Numbered from the stretch's first letter, positions 21,145 to 33,131 are shown. The stretch: 64,000 nucleotides of DNA from Gammaproteobacteria bacterium (GCA_026398875.1 JAPLSB010000008.1:37986-101985); one strand, 5' to 3'. Translations and numbers: made by a program. The notes: generated by a model not told the origin, from the sequence alone.

Positions 21145-22266
21145 ATGCCCACCGCCCTCGCACCGCCATCGCTCGCTCGCCTCTGCCTGCTGAGGACACC
21201 GGGCGTCGGACCATCCCGCCTCCGTGCGCTGCTGCGCCGTTTCGGCAGTGCCGAAGCGGTGTTCGCGGCGGGGCCGAAAGCCTGGGCCGAAGCCGGCTGC
21301 AGCGACGCGCTGATCGCCGGGCTGTCAGCACCGGATCGGACCGCTGCAGCGGCGGATCTGCAATGGCTGGCGGGGTCGGCCCGCCACCACTACATCGCCG
21401 ATGACGACGCGCGCTATCCGTCCCGGCTGAAGTCGATCGCCGCAGCGCCGGTGGCCCTGTTCGCGGTCGGCGATGTCGAACTGCTCGAACAACCGCAGCT
21501 GGCGGTTGTCGGCGCTCGCGGCGCCTCCAGCCAGGGCCGCGAGAACGCCCGCGCCTTCGCGCAGGCCGCCAGCCGCGCCGGGCTGCTGGTGACGTCCGGG
21601 CTGGCGCTGGGTATCGATGCGGCTGCGCACGCTGGCGCGCTCGAAGCGGGCGCAGCGACGATCGCCGTCTGCGGCAACGGGCTGGACCGCATCTACCCGC
21701 CGCGCAACCAGTCGCTGGGCGCGGCCATCGCCGAGCGTGGCCTGCTGATTTCCGAGTACCCGCCGGGCACGGTGCCGAAACCGCAGCACTTCCCGCAGCG
21801 CAACCGGATCATTTCCGGCCTGAGTCTGGGCGTGCTGGTGGTCGAGGCACAGCTGGGTTCCGGCTCGCTGATCACCGCGAAGCTCGCCGCCGAACAGGGC
21901 CGGGAGGTGTTCGCCCTGCCCGGCTCGATCCACAACGAACTGGCGCGCGGCTGCCATGCGCTGATCCGCGATGGCGCGACGCTGGTCGAAACCATCGACG
22001 ACATCGTCGTCGAACTGGCGGCGCAGTTGCGCCCGCTGCTGCCGGTGGCAGCACCCGAAGCAGTCACCGCCGCCGCGTCCGAAGATCCGCTCGAACGGCG
22101 CGTGCTGGCCGCAATAGGCGACGATCCGGTCAGCCTCGATCGGCTGGCGGCGCAACTGTCACTGGGCATCGCCGAACTCGGCGCCGCCCTGCTCGGCCTG
22201 GAGCTGTCGGGCCGGGTCGAGGCCCTGCCGGGAGACCGGTTCGTGCGCCTGCATCGGCGCGGTTGA
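21145..22266 (+). CDS. dprA: DNA-processing protein DprA (Smf)
   Basis: VVGARGASSQGRENA...SGLALGIDAAAHAGAL...FPQRNRIISGLSLGVLVVEA are DprA Rossmann-domain motifs. Confidence 0.92.
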   Translation: MPTALAPPSLARLCLLRTPGVGPSRLRALLRRFGSAEAVFAAGPKAWAEAGCSDALIAGLSAPDRTAAAADLQWLAGSARHHYIADDDARYPSRLKSIAAAPVALFAVGDVELLEQPQLAVVGARGASSQGRENARAFAQAASRAGLLVTSGLALGIDAAAHAGALEAGAATIAVCGNGLDRIYPPRNQSLGAAIAERGLLISEYPPGTVPKPQHFPQRNRIISGLSLGVLVVEAQLGSGSLITAKLAAEQGREVFALPGSIHNELARGCHALIRDGATLVETIDDIVVELAAQLRPLLPVAAPEAVTAAASEDPLERRVLAAIGDDPVSLDRLAAQLSLGIAELGAALLGLELSGRVEALPGDRFVRLHRRG

Positions 22267-22336
22267 GGCGCTACACTGCGGCGGAGGCAGTTCATCAACA
22301 ACTGCACGCGCCTGGTCCCGGCGCATGTGAGAACGC

Positions 22337-22804
22337 ATGAAAGAGACCCTCCTCGACGTACTGATGTACCTCTTCGAGAACTACCAGGACGGCGAGTTCT
22401 CCGACTCCGACAACCAGGAAAATCTGCGGGTAGAGCTGTCCGCCGCCGGTTTTCCCGATGAAGAAGTGGCGCACGCTTTCGCCTGGCTCGATGGCCTCGC
22501 CAACCAGCGCAATGCGCCAAGCCTCCGCGGTCGCACCGATACCCTGCGTCTGTACGCGCCGCAGGAACAGGAGCGGCTGTCCGCCGAATGCCGCGGCTTT
22601 CTCCTTTATCTGGAGCAGCTCGGCATCCTCAACAGCGAGAGCCGCGAACTGGTCATCGAACGCCTGCTGGCCTTCGAGGACGAGATCGACATCGAGCGCG
22701 TGAAATGGGTCTGCCTGCTGGTGCTGATCAACCAGCCAGGCTCCGAGGAAGCGGTGGTCCACCTCGAAGACATGGTCTATTACCACGGCGAATTCCTGCA
22801 CTGA
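22337..22804 (+). CDS. smg: Smg protein (DUF494)
   Basis: MKETLLDVLMYLFENY... N-terminus, 155 aa, at the canonical position between dprA and topA. Confidence 0.9.
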   Translation: MKETLLDVLMYLFENYQDGEFSDSDNQENLRVELSAAGFPDEEVAHAFAWLDGLANQRNAPSLRGRTDTLRLYAPQEQERLSAECRGFLLYLEQLGILNSESRELVIERLLAFEDEIDIERVKWVCLLVLINQPGSEEAVVHLEDMVYYHGEFLH

Positions 22805-22938
22805 CGCCGCGCCGGGCAGCCCCGCCTGGTGCCGTCACGACGCAGCAGCCGTACTAGCCACTGGCAAGGTCTTTGCCGTATAAGCTGCCGCTCCACGCGT
22901 CACCGGGACGCGGGACAGGTGTGGGACATGCGGCGTCA

Positions 22939-25434
<2,496 letters not shown>

Positions 25435-25443
25435 CGCGCGGTC

Positions 25444-26001
25444 ATGCTGAACGCGAAGAAGCTGGCGCTGGCCGGCCGCCTGATGCGGACCGGCGGCGTC
25501 GTCGTCTACCCGACCGAAGCGGTCTGGGGCATCGGCTGCGATCCGCAGAACCGCAAGGCGGTCGAACGACTGCTGGCGATGAAGAATCGCGAATGGCAGA
25601 AGGGCCTGATCCTGATCGGCTCGACGATCGAAATGATCGAGCCGTACATCGAGGTGCCGTCCCGGATGGCCTGGCGTCGCGCCACGGCGACCTGGCCGGG
25701 GGCCTCGACCTGGGTGTTCCCGGCCAGCGAGCACTGCCCGATGTGGATCAGCGGCGATCGCGACTCGGTGGCCGTGCGGGTCACGGCCCATCCGATTGCC
25801 GCTCGGCTCTGCGATGCCTTTGGCGGCGCGATCGTGTCGACCAGCGCCAACCGCGCCGGCGATCCGCCGGCGATGAGCCCGAGCGCCGCACGCATCCACT
25901 TGCGCAGCCGCTTTGACCTGCTGGTACCCGGCAGCCTCGGCGGGCTGGACCGGCCGACGATCATCCGCGACGCGAGCAACGGCAACATCCTGCGGCGCTG
26001 A
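25444..26001 (+). CDS. tsaC: L-threonylcarbamoyladenylate synthase (YrdC/TsaC type)
   Basis: VVYPTEAVWGIGCDP...SANRAG are YrdC-domain motifs. 185 aa. Confidence 0.9.
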   Translation: MLNAKKLALAGRLMRTGGVVVYPTEAVWGIGCDPQNRKAVERLLAMKNREWQKGLILIGSTIEMIEPYIEVPSRMAWRRATATWPGASTWVFPASEHCPMWISGDRDSVAVRVTAHPIAARLCDAFGGAIVSTSANRAGDPPAMSPSAARIHLRSRFDLLVPGSLGGLDRPTIIRDASNGNILRR

Positions 26002-26018
26002 GCGGCGAAAAGCCTTGC

Positions 26019-26178
26019 TCACGCAGAGAACGCGAAGCACGCAGGGAAAACCTATGGCGAAACCGTAGGGCGGCAATTGTTTGCCGCCATGCTTGTTCGA
26101 TCCGACAGGCGTGTCGGCAAGGAATTGCCCACCGAGTGCAGTGGCTTTTCTCTGCGTGCTCCGCGTTCTTTGCGTGAG
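26019..26178. repeat. ~160-bp long-hairpin extragenic repeat (CACGCAnAG-type) with an inserted core
   Basis: Left arm CTCACGCAGAGAACGCGAAGCACGCAGGGAAAACC. The right arm GGCTTTTCTCTGCGTGCTCCGCGTTCTTTGCGTGAG is its near reverse complement. Same family as the 28.2 kb array. Confidence 0.7.
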
Positions 26179-26214
26179 GCACTCTGTTGCTGTTCCACCG
26201 CACTAAACTGCGCC

Positions 26215-27138
26215 ATGACCAACGCTGACACCCCGCGTCCGAAGGACGTCGAAACCTATCTCCGCGGCCTGCAGGACCGCATCTGCGCCGAAGTCGAGCG
26301 CATCGACGGCAGCGCGAAGTTCCTCCGCGACGCCTGGCAGCGCGATGAAGGCGGTGGCGGTGAATCCCGAGTGCTGACCGATGGCGCGGTGTTCGAGCGC
26401 GCCGGCGTCAATTTCTCCGACATTCGCGGCACCAGGCTGCCACCGGCCGCGACGGCCGCCCGGCCGGAACTGGTCGGCCGCGGCTTCCGGGCGATGGGCG
26501 TGTCGCTGGTCTTCCATCCGCGCAATCCGTACGCGCCGACCGTCCACGCCAACGTCCGCTTCCTGATCGCGGAGAAGGACGGCGAGGAACCGGTCTGGTG
26601 GTTCGGCGGCGGCTTCGACCTGACGCCGTACTACGGCTTCACGGAAGACGCCGTGCACTGGCACTCGACCGCCCGCGACGCCTGCGCGCCGTTCGGTCCG
26701 GAGGTATTCGGCACGCTCAAGGCGCAGTGCGATGACTACTTCTTCCTCAAGCACCGCAACGAGCCGCGCGGCATCGGCGGCTTGTTCTACGACGACTGGA
26801 CGGTCGGCGGCTTCGAGGCCAGCTTCGCGCTGATGCAGAGCGTCGGCGATCACTTCCTGCCGGCCTATGTGCCGATCGTCGAGCGCCGCCTGGGAATGCC
26901 GTACACGCAGCGCGAGCGCGACTGGCAGCTGTACCGGCGCGGCCGCTATGTCGAGTTCAACCTGGTCTGGGATCGCGGCACGCTGTTCGGGCTGCAGTCG
27001 AAGGGCCGCATCGAATCGATCCTGATGTCGATGCCGCCGCTGGTCACCTGGCACTACAACCATCAGCCCGAGCCTGGCAGCCCGGAAGCGGCGTTCCTCG
27101 CCGACTTCCTGCGGCCGCGCGATTGGCTGAATCTATAG
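26215..27138 (+). CDS. hemF: Oxygen-dependent coproporphyrinogen III oxidase
   Basis: [16 protein letters not shown]...[22 protein letters not shown]...[13 protein letters not shown] are HemF signatures. The ATG at 26215 gives the normal N-terminus. The track start lies inside the repeat. Confidence 0.95.
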   Translation: MTNADTPRPKDVETYLRGLQDRICAEVERIDGSAKFLRDAWQRDEGGGGESRVLTDGAVFERAGVNFSDIRGTRLPPAATAARPELVGRGFRAMGVSLVFHPRNPYAPTVHANVRFLIAEKDGEEPVWWFGGGFDLTPYYGFTEDAVHWHSTARDACAPFGPEVFGTLKAQCDDYFFLKHRNEPRGIGGLFYDDWTVGGFEASFALMQSVGDHFLPAYVPIVERRLGMPYTQRERDWQLYRRGRYVEFNLVWDRGTLFGLQSKGRIESILMSMPPLVTWHYNHQPEPGSPEAAFLADFLRPRDWLNL

Positions 27139-27228
27139 TTGAACGGCTGGCGATAGCGGCGGTCTAGAATCGGGCAGTCGAGCGGACGCCCGTGGTGGCG
27201 TCCGGACCCTCCAACGAAAGGTTCGCCC

Positions 27229-28167
27229 ATGACGCTCACCGAACTCCGCTATCTCGTGAACCTCGACAAGGAGCGCCATTTCTCGCGCGCTGCGGAGCGT
27301 TCGTTCGTGTCACAGCCGACGCTGTCGGTGGCGCTGAAGAAGCTGGAGGACGAACTCGGCGTCACCCTGTTCGAACGCATCCGTGGCGAGGCCAAGCCGA
27401 CCCCGGTCGGCGCACGGATCATCGAGCAGGCGCGCAAGGTGCTCGCCGAAGCCAAGCGCGTCGAGGACATCGCCCGCGAAGGCAAGGACGAGCTGGTCGG
27501 CTCACTCAGGCTCGGCGCGATCTACACCGTCGGTCCGTATGTGCTGCCGACGCTGGTGCCGCTGATGCGCGAGGCCGCACCGCTGATGCCGCTGATGATC
27601 GAGGAGAACTTCACCGGCGTGCTGCTGGAACAGCTGCGCGACAACGAACTCGACGTCGCGCTGCTGGCGCTGCCGATCGATCTGCAGGGGCTGTCGGCCT
27701 GGCCGCTGTACGACGAGGATTTCGTGGTGATGCTGTCGCCCGGCCATCGCTGGGCGAACCTGCCGAACGTGCCGGCCAGAAAGCTGGCCGAGGAACACCT
27801 GCTGCTGCTCGGCCCCGGCCACTGCTTCCGCGATCAGGTCATTGCCGCCTGCCCCAAATGCGTCACCGCCGAAGGCGATGGCCCGCGACCAGTGACCGGC
27901 AGCTCGATCGAAACGATCCGCTACATGGTCGGTTCCGGGCTCGGCATCACGGTGATGCCGAACGGCTCGATCGCCAACCGGCCGCCGGAACCGAATCCGC
28001 TGCCGATCGTGCCGTTTGCCGCACCCGCACCGTCACGGACCATCGGCATGGTCTGGCGGCGCAGCTTTCCGCGGCTGGCCGCGATCCGCGCGCTGCGCGA
28101 CGCCATCCTGGCCTGCGACATCAAGGGCGTGACTCGGCTGGCCGACGCCGAACCGCAGCACCCCTGA
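27229..28167 (+). CDS. oxyR: LysR-family hydrogen peroxide-responsive regulator OxyR
   Basis: MTLTELRYLVNLDKERHFSRAAERSFVSQPTLSVALKKLEDELGV closely parallels E. coli OxyR. GHCFRDQVIAAC supplies the redox Cys pair at the expected spacing. Confidence 0.85.
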   Translation: MTLTELRYLVNLDKERHFSRAAERSFVSQPTLSVALKKLEDELGVTLFERIRGEAKPTPVGARIIEQARKVLAEAKRVEDIAREGKDELVGSLRLGAIYTVGPYVLPTLVPLMREAAPLMPLMIEENFTGVLLEQLRDNELDVALLALPIDLQGLSAWPLYDEDFVVMLSPGHRWANLPNVPARKLAEEHLLLLGPGHCFRDQVIAACPKCVTAEGDGPRPVTGSSIETIRYMVGSGLGITVMPNGSIANRPPEPNPLPIVPFAAPAPSRTIGMVWRRSFPRLAAIRALRDAILACDIKGVTRLADAEPQHP

Positions 28168-28606
28168 CTGCGCCGTCTGCCGCGCCCGGCAACAGCGAAT
28201 TTCACGCAAAGGCGCAAACACGCCAAGAACAGCGACCGCGAGAAAAGCAGAATCGCTTGAAAGCTTTTCTTTGCGTCTTCGCGTCTTTGCGTGAGCACGC
28301 CGAACCGCAGCCCGTTGATCCATTAGCCCAAGACGCGCAACAGCGAATCTCACGCGAAGGCGCAAAGACGCCAAGAACAGCAGCCGCTAGAAAAGCAGAA
28401 TCGATTGAAAGCTTTTCTTTGCGTCTTCGCGTCTTTGCGTGAGCACGCCGTACCGCAGCCCCCTGATCCGTTAGCCCAAGAAGCGCAACCGCGAATCTCA
28501 CGCAAAGGCGCAAAGACGCTAAGAACAGCGACCGCGAGAAAAGCAGAATCGCCTGGAAGCTTTTCTCTGCGTCTTCGCGTCTTTGCGTGAGAATGCCGTG
28601 CGGCTG
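28147..28606. repeat. Tandem array of about 3 copies of a 148-bp hairpin-forming unit
   Basis: The unit boundary motif GCCG(A/T)ACCGCAG recurs at 28147, 28299 and 28447, with a degenerate copy at 28595. CAAC(A/C)GCGAAT starts at 28190, 28338 and 28486 (period 148). Each unit carries TCACGCAAAGGCGCAAAGACGC...GCGTCTTCGCGTCTTTGCGTGA inverted arms. Confidence 0.9.
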
Positions 28607-28632
28607 TCCCTGCCGTTTTCGAAGCCCCCGCC

Positions 28633-29370
28633 ATGTTCAACGCGCTGATCGATGCCACCCGCAGCCAGTTCCAGGGCCGCATGCTCGGCCTGGTGCTGTG
28701 GCCGCTGGTCGGCTCGCTGCTGGTCTGGACGGTACTGCTGATCCTGTTCTGGTCGCAGGGCATGGCCGCACTCCGCGCGTTCGCGGAGTACCAGCCGGTC
28801 GATGCCTTCCTGAACGAGTGGGGCATCTCGTGGATCGTCAGCGGGCTGACCCTGATCGTGATCTTCCTGTTCCTGCCGACCCTGGTCGCCGCGACCGCGA
28901 TCTTCATCACCTCGGTGTTCGCGATGCCGATCATGGTCGAGCACGTCGCGCGCACCGATTACCCGGAACTGGCGCGCGGAAAGTTCGGCACCACCTGGGG
29001 CAGCGTGGTCAACAGCCTCGGCGCCCTGCTGGCGTATCTGGTGCTGTGGTTGATCGCGCTGCCGCTGTGGCTGATCGTGCCGTTCGCGTTCCTGATCCCG
29101 ATCGCGCTGGCCGGCTATCTGAACGACCGCGTGTTCCGCTATGACGCGCTGGCCGAACACGCGACCGCCGAGGAATACGCGGAAATCCTGCGCCGCCACG
29201 GCGCGCCGCTGTTCGGGCTCGGCACCGTAGCTGCCCTGATCCAGCTGATTCCGATCGTCAACCTGATCTCGCCGGTCTACTCGGGCCTCGGCTTCATCCA
29301 TTTCGCGCTCGGCGAACTGCGCCGGCTGCGCGCCGAACGTCCGGGCGGCGTGCTGCTGCCGCGCGGCTAG
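28633..29370 (+). CDS. Polytopic membrane protein, EI24/CysZ-like
   Basis: 245 aa with several TM helices. The C-terminal LIQLIPIVNLISPVYSGLGFIHFAL resembles the EI24-domain end. Family assignment is tentative. Confidence 0.5.
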   Translation: MFNALIDATRSQFQGRMLGLVLWPLVGSLLVWTVLLILFWSQGMAALRAFAEYQPVDAFLNEWGISWIVSGLTLIVIFLFLPTLVAATAIFITSVFAMPIMVEHVARTDYPELARGKFGTTWGSVVNSLGALLAYLVLWLIALPLWLIVPFAFLIPIALAGYLNDRVFRYDALAEHATAEEYAEILRRHGAPLFGLGTVAALIQLIPIVNLISPVYSGLGFIHFALGELRRLRAERPGGVLLPRG

Positions 29371-30266
29371 AGCCCCATCCGGCCGGCAACGGCGCGCGCC
29401 AGCACAAGCATGTTGCGGACGGTCGCCGATTCATCGTCGCGCCGATAGACCAGGCTCATGCGCGCTTTCGGTGCATCGCCGACGATGCGCCGATAGGCCA
29501 CGCCATCGGAGTGGATCTGCTGCATCGACGCCGGCACCAGCGACACGCCGAGCCCGGCCGCGACGAGGTTGACGATCGACGTCACCTGCGACGCTTCCTG
29601 ACCGATGCGCGGGCTGAAGCCGGCGCGCCGGCAGGCAGCGAGGATGTCGTCGTACAGGCCGGCGCCGACCGGTCGTGAAAACAGCACGAAGGCTTCGCCC
29701 TTCAGCTGCTCGACGCGCAGCTCCGGCGCAGCGGCCAGGCGATGCGCCTGCGGCAGCGCGATCAGCACTTCCTCGTCGAACAGCGCTTCGCTGACCAGAC
29801 CCGGTTCGTCGCCCAAGAGCGGCCGCACGAAGGCGACATCGAGCTGATCGGCGAGCACCGCAGCGGCCAGCACCGGTGTCGAGTTCTCGTCGAGCGACAA
29901 CGCGACCTCCGGGTACTGCTGGCCGTATTCGCGCAGCACCCGCGGCACGAACGGATGGAACGGTGCGGAGTTGATCATGCCGACGCCGATGCGGCCGAGA
30001 TCGCCACGCGCCACGCGCCGGGCGTGGTCGCTGGCGCGCTGCACGTGGGCGAGGATCTGGCGGGCGTCATCGAGAAAGCCGCGGCCGGCGTCGGTCAGGG
30101 TCACGGTGCGCGCCTTACGCTCGAACAGCGGCGTCCCGACTTCGGCTTCCAGCGCGCGAATCTGCTGGCTCAGCGGCGGCTGCTCGATGCCGAGCCGTTT
30201 GGCGGCGCGGGTGAAATGCAGTTCGTCAGCCACGGTGACGAAGTAACGAAGATGGCGCAGTTCCAT
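29367..30266 (-). CDS. LysR-family transcriptional regulator
   Basis: MELRHLRYFVTVADELHFTRAAKRLGIEQPPLSQQIRALEAEVGTPLFER is a wHTH, followed by a LysR substrate-binding domain. Divergent from aceE. Confidence 0.9.
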   Translation of the reverse strand: MELRHLRYFVTVADELHFTRAAKRLGIEQPPLSQQIRALEAEVGTPLFERKARTVTLTDAGRGFLDDARQILAHVQRASDHARRVARGDLGRIGVGMINSAPFHPFVPRVLREYGQQYPEVALSLDENSTPVLAAAVLADQLDVAFVRPLLGDEPGLVSEALFDEEVLIALPQAHRLAAAPELRVEQLKGEAFVLFSRPVGAGLYDDILAACRRAGFSPRIGQEASQVTSIVNLVAAGLGVSLVPASMQQIHSDGVAYRRIVGDAPKARMSLVYRRDDESATVRNMLVLARAVAGRMGL

Positions 30267-30437
30267 GAAGGTACTAATCAGATATCGATACCGCTTGTTT
30301 CATATATTGGACGTATCAAGCGACCGCGTCTAATGTCTGGCCCTCAGCTCGGCCGCGTGCCGACATCGTTCGGCGAACGCCATCGGCACATCCCCAAGAT
30401 GACGCCGAAGCGCCCGCCCTCACAGGATTGCGAAGCC

Positions 30438-33131
30438 ATGACCGGACCCATCGCCCCCACCCCGCCCGTCGTTGCCGACCCGGACCCGCAGGAAACCCGC
30501 GAGTGGCTGGAAGCCCTGTCCGCCGTGCTCGAACGCGAAGGTCCGGCGCGCGCCCATTTCCTGCTCGAAGCCTTGCAGGAGAAGGCGCGACTGAGCGGCG
30601 CGTACATCCCGTTCTCGCCGAACACGGCCTACGTCAACACCATTCCGCCGCATCTGGAGGAACGCTCGCCGGGCGATCACGCGCTGGAATGGAAGATCCG
30701 CTCGATCATCCGCTGGAACGCGATGGCGATGGTCATCAACGCCAATCGCGAGCACTCCGGCATCGGCGGCCATATCGCCAGCTTCGCCAGCGCCGCGACG
30801 CTCTACGACGTCGGCTTCAACCATTTCTGGAAAGGCCCGGAACACGCCGATGGCGCCGACCTCATCTACTTCCAGGGCCACTGCACGCCGGGCATCTACG
30901 CTCGCGCCTTCCTTGAAGGCCGGCTGAGCGAAGACCAGATCCGCCATTTCCGCATGGAGACCGGCGGCCAGGGGCTGCCGTCGTACCCGCATCCCTGGCT
31001 GGCGCCGGAGCTGTGGCAGTTCGCGACCGTCAGCATGGGGCTCGGGCCGATCCAGGCGATCTATCAGGCGCGGCTGATGAAGTATCTGGAGCATCGCGGC
31101 CTGATGAAGGCGACGGGCCGCAAGGTCTGGTGCTTCTGCGGCGATGGCGAGATGGACGAGCCGGAATCGCTGGGTGCGATCGACATCGCGGCCCGCGAAA
31201 AGCTCGACAACCTGGTGTTCGTCGTCAACTGCAACCTGCAGCGTCTCGACGGCCCGGTCAGAGGCAACGGCAAGATCATCCAGGAACTCGAAGGCGTGTT
31301 CCGCGGCGGCGGCTGGAACGTCATCAAGGTGATCTGGGGCGGGCTGTGGGATGGCCTGATCGCCGCCGACCGCAGCGGCCTGCTGGTCAAGACCTTCAAC
31401 GAGACGGTCGACGGCGAGTACCAGAACTACAAGGCCAAGGGCGGCAAGTACACACGCGACAACTTCTTCGGCAAGCATCCGGAACTGCTGAAGCTGGTGT
31501 CGACGATGTCCGACGAGGACATCGGCCGGCTCAATCGTGGCGGCCACGATCCGCACAAGATCTACGCGGCCTACGCGGCCGCGTCGAAGCACAGCGGCAC
31601 GCCAACGGTGATCCTCGCCAAGACCGTCAAGGGCTACGGCATGGGCGAAGCCGGCGAAGGCCAGAACATCACGCATCAGCAGAAGAAGATGGGCGAGGAC
31701 GCACTGCGCGCGTTCCGCGATCGCTTCCAGTTGCCGATCTCCGACGCGCAGATCAAGGACACGCCGTTCTACAAGCCGGCCGACGACTCACCGGAAATCC
31801 AGTACCTGAAGACGCGCCGGGCGGCACTCGGCGGCTATCTGCCGTCGCGCCGCCCGGTCGGCGAAGCGCTGGAAATCCCGGGGCTGGCGATCTTCGACCG
31901 CCTGCTGAAAGACAGCGGCGAGCGCGAGATCTCCACGACGATGGCCTTCGTGCAGGCGCTGCAGATGCTGTTGCGCGACAAGAAGATCGGCTCGCGCGTG
32001 GTGCCGATCGTGCCGGACGAAGCCCGCACCTTCGGCATGGAAGGCATGTTCCGCCAGCTCGGCATCTATTCGGTGGTCGGCCAGAAGTACACACCGCACG
32101 ACGCCGACCAGCTCGCCTTCTACAAGGAAGACGTCAAGGGCCAGGTGCTGGAAGAAGGCATCACCGAAGCCGGCGCGATGAGCTCGTGGATCGCTGCGGC
32201 GACCAGCTACTCGAACCACGGTGTCAGCTTGCTGCCGTTCTACATCTTCTACTCGATGTTCGGCTTCCAGCGCATTGCCGATCTGGCCTACGCGGCTGGC
32301 GACATGCGCGCGCGCGGCTTCCTGCTCGGCGGCACGGCCGGCCGTACGACGCTGAACGGCGAAGGCCTGCAGCACGAGGACGGCCACAGCCATCTGGCGG
32401 CAGCGACGATCCCGAACTGCCGCGCCTACGATCCGGCCTATGCCTATGAAGTCGCGGTGATCCTGTCGGAAGGCATGCGCCGGATGTATCCGTCCGACGG
32501 CAGCCCGCAGATGGACGAGTACTACTACCTGACCCTGCACAACGAGAACTACACGCACCCGGCGATGCCGGCCGGCGTGGAAGCCGGAATCATGAAGGGC
32601 CTGTACCTGCTGAGCGCCTGCGACGCGCCGGCCGAAACGCATGTGCAGCTGCTCGGTTCCGGTTCGATCCTGCGCGAAGTGATTGCCGCCGCCGAACTGC
32701 TGAAGGCCGACTGGGGTGTGACCAGCGATCTCTGGAGCGCGCCGAGCTTCAACGAGCTGGCCCGCGACGGCCGCGATGCCGAACGCTGGAACCTGTTGCA
32801 TCCGAACGACGATCCGCGCGTGCCGTATGTGACCGAAGTGCTGACCGGCATGAGCGGCCCGGCGATCGTCGCCACCGACTACATGAAGGCCTATCCCGAG
32901 CAGATCCGCCCGTTCGTACCGATGCCGTTCCATGTGCTCGGCACCGACGGCTATGGCCGCAGCGACACCCGCGAAGCGCTGCGCAACTTCTTCGAGGTCG
33001 ATCGCCGCTGGGTCGCGGTCAAGGCGCTGGCCGCACTCGCCGACCTGAACCGGCTGCCGCGTGCCAAGGTCGCGGAAGCGATCGCCAAGTACGGCCTCGA
33101 CACCCACAAGCCCAACCCGGTCACCGTCTGA
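30438..33131 (+). CDS. aceE: Pyruvate dehydrogenase E1 component (homodimeric type)
   Basis: 897 aa from the ATG at 30438. DPQETREWLEALSAVLEREG N-terminus, GHIASFASAATLY and GDGEMDEPES ThDP motifs. The longer track ORF is an antisense overlap with the LysR gene. Confidence 0.97.
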   Translation: MTGPIAPTPPVVADPDPQETREWLEALSAVLEREGPARAHFLLEALQEKARLSGAYIPFSPNTAYVNTIPPHLEERSPGDHALEWKIRSIIRWNAMAMVINANREHSGIGGHIASFASAATLYDVGFNHFWKGPEHADGADLIYFQGHCTPGIYARAFLEGRLSEDQIRHFRMETGGQGLPSYPHPWLAPELWQFATVSMGLGPIQAIYQARLMKYLEHRGLMKATGRKVWCFCGDGEMDEPESLGAIDIAAREKLDNLVFVVNCNLQRLDGPVRGNGKIIQELEGVFRGGGWNVIKVIWGGLWDGLIAADRSGLLVKTFNETVDGEYQNYKAKGGKYTRDNFFGKHPELLKLVSTMSDEDIGRLNRGGHDPHKIYAAYAAASKHSGTPTVILAKTVKGYGMGEAGEGQNITHQQKKMGEDALRAFRDRFQLPISDAQIKDTPFYKPADDSPEIQYLKTRRAALGGYLPSRRPVGEALEIPGLAIFDRLLKDSGEREISTTMAFVQALQMLLRDKKIGSRVVPIVPDEARTFGMEGMFRQLGIYSVVGQKYTPHDADQLAFYKEDVKGQVLEEGITEAGAMSSWIAAATSYSNHGVSLLPFYIFYSMFGFQRIADLAYAAGDMRARGFLLGGTAGRTTLNGEGLQHEDGHSHLAAATIPNCRAYDPAYAYEVAVILSEGMRRMYPSDGSPQMDEYYYLTLHNENYTHPAMPAGVEAGIMKGLYLLSACDAPAETHVQLLGSGSILREVIAAAELLKADWGVTSDLWSAPSFNELARDGRDAERWNLLHPNDDPRVPYVTEVLTGMSGPAIVATDYMKAYPEQIRPFVPMPFHVLGTDGYGRSDTREALRNFFEVDRRWVAVKALAALADLNRLPRAKVAEAIAKYGLDTHKPNPVTV

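Noticed and set aside
27135-27170. OxyR autoregulatory operator / sigma70 promoter upstream of oxyR
   Set aside because: ATAG/CTAG tetrads are present (27135, 27152, 27164), but their spacing (17 and 12 nt) does not fit the ATAG-N7-CTAT-N7-ATAG-N7-CTAT phasing. TTGAAC is 20 nt from TAGAAT, which is too far. Only the TAGAAT hexamer is noted.
28190-28590. Possible CRISPR array
   Set aside because: The 148-bp units are contiguous and homologous over their whole length. There are no short repeats alternating with unique spacers, and no cas genes are in the window.
28202-28955. Track ORFs across the repeat array (28202..28513-, 28350..28955-, 28405..28590+, 28033..28374-)
   Set aside because: These are translations of the repeat (LCVFASLRE / RKDAKTQRK) on both strands. 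They overlap one another and the genuine EI24-like gene. They are repeat-derived artefacts.
29367-29370. CTAG shared by the convergent stop codons of the EI24-like and LysR genes
   Set aside because: It is real in the sequence, but a 4-nt tail-to-tail overlap is common and carries no further signal.
29742-30437. N-terminal 232-aa extension of the aceE track ORF
   Set aside because: It is antisense to the well-supported LysR gene, and the sequence is junk-like. AceE homology begins at MTGPIAPTPP... (ATG at 30438).
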